64,000 bases of DNA from an uncultured Planctomycetota bacterium (GTDB lineage Bacteria > Planctomycetota > Phycisphaerae > Tepidisphaerales > Tepidisphaeraceae): the NCBI GenBank assembly GCA_963740195.1, contig CAVUDF010000001.1, positions 919,494 through 983,493 of the forward strand, given 5' to 3'. Every line of letters begins with the position of its first letter. Position 1 is the first letter of the stretch. A model generated the notes under the pieces. That model was not told where the DNA came from and made no database searches. It worked only from the letters and a program-made list of their open reading frames with translations. A program made the translations under genes and the position numbers. Below are positions 61,328 to 64,000 of this stretch, in pieces.

Positions 61328-62512
61328 GGCGACACTGGTGGCGCTGCTGGCTCTCGTCGTGGCGAGCCAGGCGGTCGCGGATGCCGGCGAATTGGAGAAG
61401 CTGACGACGGCGGTGCCGTTTCCCCGCGGGCTGGCGATGGCAGATCCAGACGGCGACGGGCAAGAGTCGCTGTACGTGCTGTCCCGCGGCCGATCTCGCG
61501 GCGACGGCGGGGCGGACACGCGACTCGACGACCAGGCCGGGACGCTTTGGGAGGTCGATCCGACTACCGGTACGGCGACGGTCTTCGCCCGCCCCACGAT
61601 GCCGCCGTTTCGGCTGCTGGATCGGACGCTGGCAAGTGCCAACGACGACGTCACGACCGATCGGCCCTATTGCGTGCTGCGGTGGGACGAATCGACCCGA
61701 AGCTTCTTTATCTGCGCCTTCAGCGGGATCGATCTGCCGGCCGGCGATCCGCAGGCGGCGGAGAGCGGGTACTTCCGCAAGAACGAGAGCGACGCGGTGC
61801 TCCGATACGACGTCGATGAAGGAAACTGGTCCGTCGTCGATCGGCACGAGCGCGGCACCGACTACCCGCACGACAGCGCAGGTTGGGTGCGCGGCCCGAA
61901 CAACTTGGTCGTTGCCGCCGGCCAGCTCATCGTCGCGGCAAAGGACAACGACCGGCTCGTCGGTTACGACCTCGCGGCGAATCTCGACAAGGACCGCCCG
62001 GGTGCCGGGGCGAGGGTTCTTCTCGAAACCGACGTCGTCTTAAGCAACCGGGGCAACGAGCGACGCACCGTCCGCGGCCACAGTGCGGTGGCCGTTAGCG
62101 ACGGCTGGCTCTATGTCGGGTTCCGTACTTCAGGCGAGATCATCCGACTCCCGATTCTCGGCGACGGCACGCTGGACGAGCAAAAGGCGGAGTTGTTGGC
62201 GATGCTGGAGCCCTTCGATCCATCATCAGGCCGAAGCGCGAACGTGACGGACATCGCCTTCGGGCCTGACGGCATGCTCCACGTCCTCTCGGCGACGCCG
62301 TCGCGAATCTTTCGCTTCGACGTCGATCCGGCGAACGTGCGCGACTTCGCGCGACGGGACGGCCGTGGATTGATCTCGCGGCGGCGACGGGCAACCCGCG
62401 GATGAAGAGCGAGAACCTTCTGATCGACAACGCCGGCAACGTCTACGTGACCAGCGGCGACCCGTACGGCGACCAAGGGCTGGGCGGCGTCGTGTGGGTC
62501 ATTCGGCCGTAG
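61320..62512 (+). CDS. secreted beta-propeller protein (SMP-30/NHL-like), one frameshift near 3' end
   Basis: Signal peptide MTRATLVALLALVVASQAVA. Repeated blade-like segments. The final blade ...LLIDNAGNVYVTSGDPYGDQGLGGVVWVIRP is in ORF starting 62403 (other frame), with the break at about 62395. Confidence 0.5.
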
Positions 62513-62522
62513 GCTGCTGGCG

Positions 62523-62873
62523 ATGGGCCTCTTCGACGGAACCAGCCTCGAGCGACCGGTCACCTGCGGCCACTGTGGTAAGCCGGTCGACGAATGCACA
62601 TGCCCGCGCGACGCGGCGGGCGACTTGCGCCTGCCTACCACGCAGTCGCCACGGGTTCGGAGGGAGAAGCGTCGCGGGAAGTGGACGACGGTCGTGACGG
62701 AGATGGATCCGGTCGCTACCGATCTGACTGCGTACGTGAAGGCGCTCAAGACAAACCTTGGCGTCGGCGGAACCGTCACGCCGGACGGCTTCGAATTGCA
62801 GGGCGACCACCGCGATCGCGTCGTCAAGCGACTGCAAGACGACGGCTTCAAGGCCAAAGCTTCCGGCGGATAA
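62523..62873 (+). CDS. translation initiation factor SUI1/YciH family
   Basis: RVRREKRRGKWTTVVTEMD ... LKTNLGVGGTV ... FELQGDHRDRVVKRLQDDGF matches the SUI1/eIF1 fold signature. Length 116 aa. Confidence 0.8.
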   Translation: MGLFDGTSLERPVTCGHCGKPVDECTCPRDAAGDLRLPTTQSPRVRREKRRGKWTTVVTEMDPVATDLTAYVKALKTNLGVGGTVTPDGFELQGDHRDRVVKRLQDDGFKAKASGG

Positions 62874-62916
62874 TCGGTGGACTTGATTCGCGGCAGCGCG
62901 TGGCCACGATGCCGCG

Positions 62917-63999
62917 ATGCGGAAGTTTCTCGTCTCGATCATCCTGTGTGCCGGCTGCGCGTCCACCGAGGCCGACGCGCCGCCACAACTCGTGACGCCG
63001 GAGCGGGACGTCGTGGCCGCACCGCCGACGACGCAGCGGGCCGACCCGGTCATCGCCAGCATCAGCGCGGGCGAGACGACGGTCACTTTGGGTCGCGATC
63101 AGTACCTCACGTTTCTTGAAGAAACGCGTGGCCTCGATGCCGTCTTGAATCTGATGCAGCTCGAGATGGCCAAGGAGCAGGCCCGGCAGCTCGACATTGA
63201 TCTGGCGACGGTGGATGTCGAGGCGGAGATCCGCAGGACCCTCAACACCGGCTTCCGCGGGCCGGACGGAGCTGTACTGGAAATTGGCGACTACGAGGCG
63301 GCGCTTCAGCGGGTGTTGACCGAGCAGGGGCTGTCGCGTGCGGAGTTCGATGTGGTGATGGAGACGAACGCCATGCTCCGCGCCGCTGCCGGGCCGCAGA
63401 TCGATCAGCGTCTGACGGACGACGTGCTTCGCGAAGAGTTCAAGCGTCGCTACGGCGAGCAGGCGGTCATTCGCGTCATCTCGTTCGAGACCATTCGAGA
63501 AGCCACCGACACCAAGAATCGGGCCGAGGCGGGGGAGGATTTTGCCGAGTTAGCGACGTCGCTGAATGACGATCCCGGGCTCGCCGGTCGCGGTGGGCTG
63601 ATCGAGCCCTTCACGCGGCAGTCGAACTTCCCCGAGATCATCAAGACCGCCTCATTTGCTCTAAAGCCGGGTGACGTAAGTGATCCGGTGGAGAGCGAGG
63701 GCCGATACCTGCTGATCAAGCTGGAAGAGCTGCGTGAGCCGCGGGCGGTGAAGTTTGAAGACGTTCGTGACGAGTTGAAGGCAGAACTCGTGGCATCTCT
63801 GACGGAGCAGGTGGTCGAGCAGTATCGCCGGGTGCTGGCCGGGGTGCTGACGGGGGACGCGTTGGAGATTCACGTGCCGATGCTGGCGGATCAGCTGGAG
63901 GCGCGTCTGGAGGCGACGCGTCCGGTGCCGGTGGAGCCGGAGGAATTGAAGCAGCGTCTTGAGGCCGAGCGGCCCACGACTCGCGATAGCATGCGGTAA
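62917..63999 (+). CDS. SurA/PpiD-like periplasmic chaperone with parvulin PPIase domain, lipoprotein
   Basis: Lipobox LCAGC. Parvulin-like segment EDFAELATSLNDDPGLAGRGGLIEPFTRQSNFPEIIKTASFALKPGDVSDPVESEGRYLLIKL. Confidence 0.65.
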   Translation: MRKFLVSIILCAGCASTEADAPPQLVTPERDVVAAPPTTQRADPVIASISAGETTVTLGRDQYLTFLEETRGLDAVLNLMQLEMAKEQARQLDIDLATVDVEAEIRRTLNTGFRGPDGAVLEIGDYEAALQRVLTEQGLSRAEFDVVMETNAMLRAAAGPQIDQRLTDDVLREEFKRRYGEQAVIRVISFETIREATDTKNRAEAGEDFAELATSLNDDPGLAGRGGLIEPFTRQSNFPEIIKTASFALKPGDVSDPVESEGRYLLIKLEELREPRAVKFEDVRDELKAELVASLTEQVVEQYRRVLAGVLTGDALEIHVPMLADQLEARLEATRPVPVEPEELKQRLEAERPTTRDSMR

Positions 64000-64000
64000 C

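Noticed and set aside
60068-61654. 528-aa minus-strand ORF spanning the DUF1570-like and propeller genes
   Set aside because: Extremely Arg/Ala/Pro-rich antisense read-through. The plus-strand genes have signal peptides and conserved motifs.

Overview
High-GC (~65-70%) bacterial chromosomal window carrying about 55 protein-coding genes, 3 tRNAs and the replication initiator dnaA. PEP-CTERM-tagged secreted proteins, a DUF1570-like protein, a BatA-type N-terminal double-TM protein, several STAS/RsbW/SpoIIE partner-switching components and weak Shine-Dalgarno usage suggest a Planctomycetota-like genome; this is inference from gene content only. Content is mostly housekeeping: ppx-nusB-ribH, panB, htrA, dnaA with a candidate oriC region, rpmA, purC, uppP, tyrS, hisD, typA, tal and cysE. 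Accessory and sensory elements include a RegB/RegA-like redox two-component pair adjacent to a LOV (blue-light) histidine kinase, a SNF2-family helicase, a flagellin, a flotillin/NfeD pair and a fluoride channel crcB. There is also a Mn/Zn-type ABC uptake operon whose two permeases each carry a fused C-terminal DtxR-like domain, plus a separate DtxR/MntR regulator, and a FecCD-type ABC importer. A 32-nt hairpin-containing element occurs twice in identical orientation downstream of unrelated genes. The main caveat is data quality. More than 30 genes or gene segments are broken by single-frame shifts, at least two of them in short homopolymers, about one per 2 kb. I read this as consensus indel error rather than pseudogenisation, so CDS boundaries are given as reconstructed spans. 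No CRISPR array, transposase, integrase or recognisable defence island was found.
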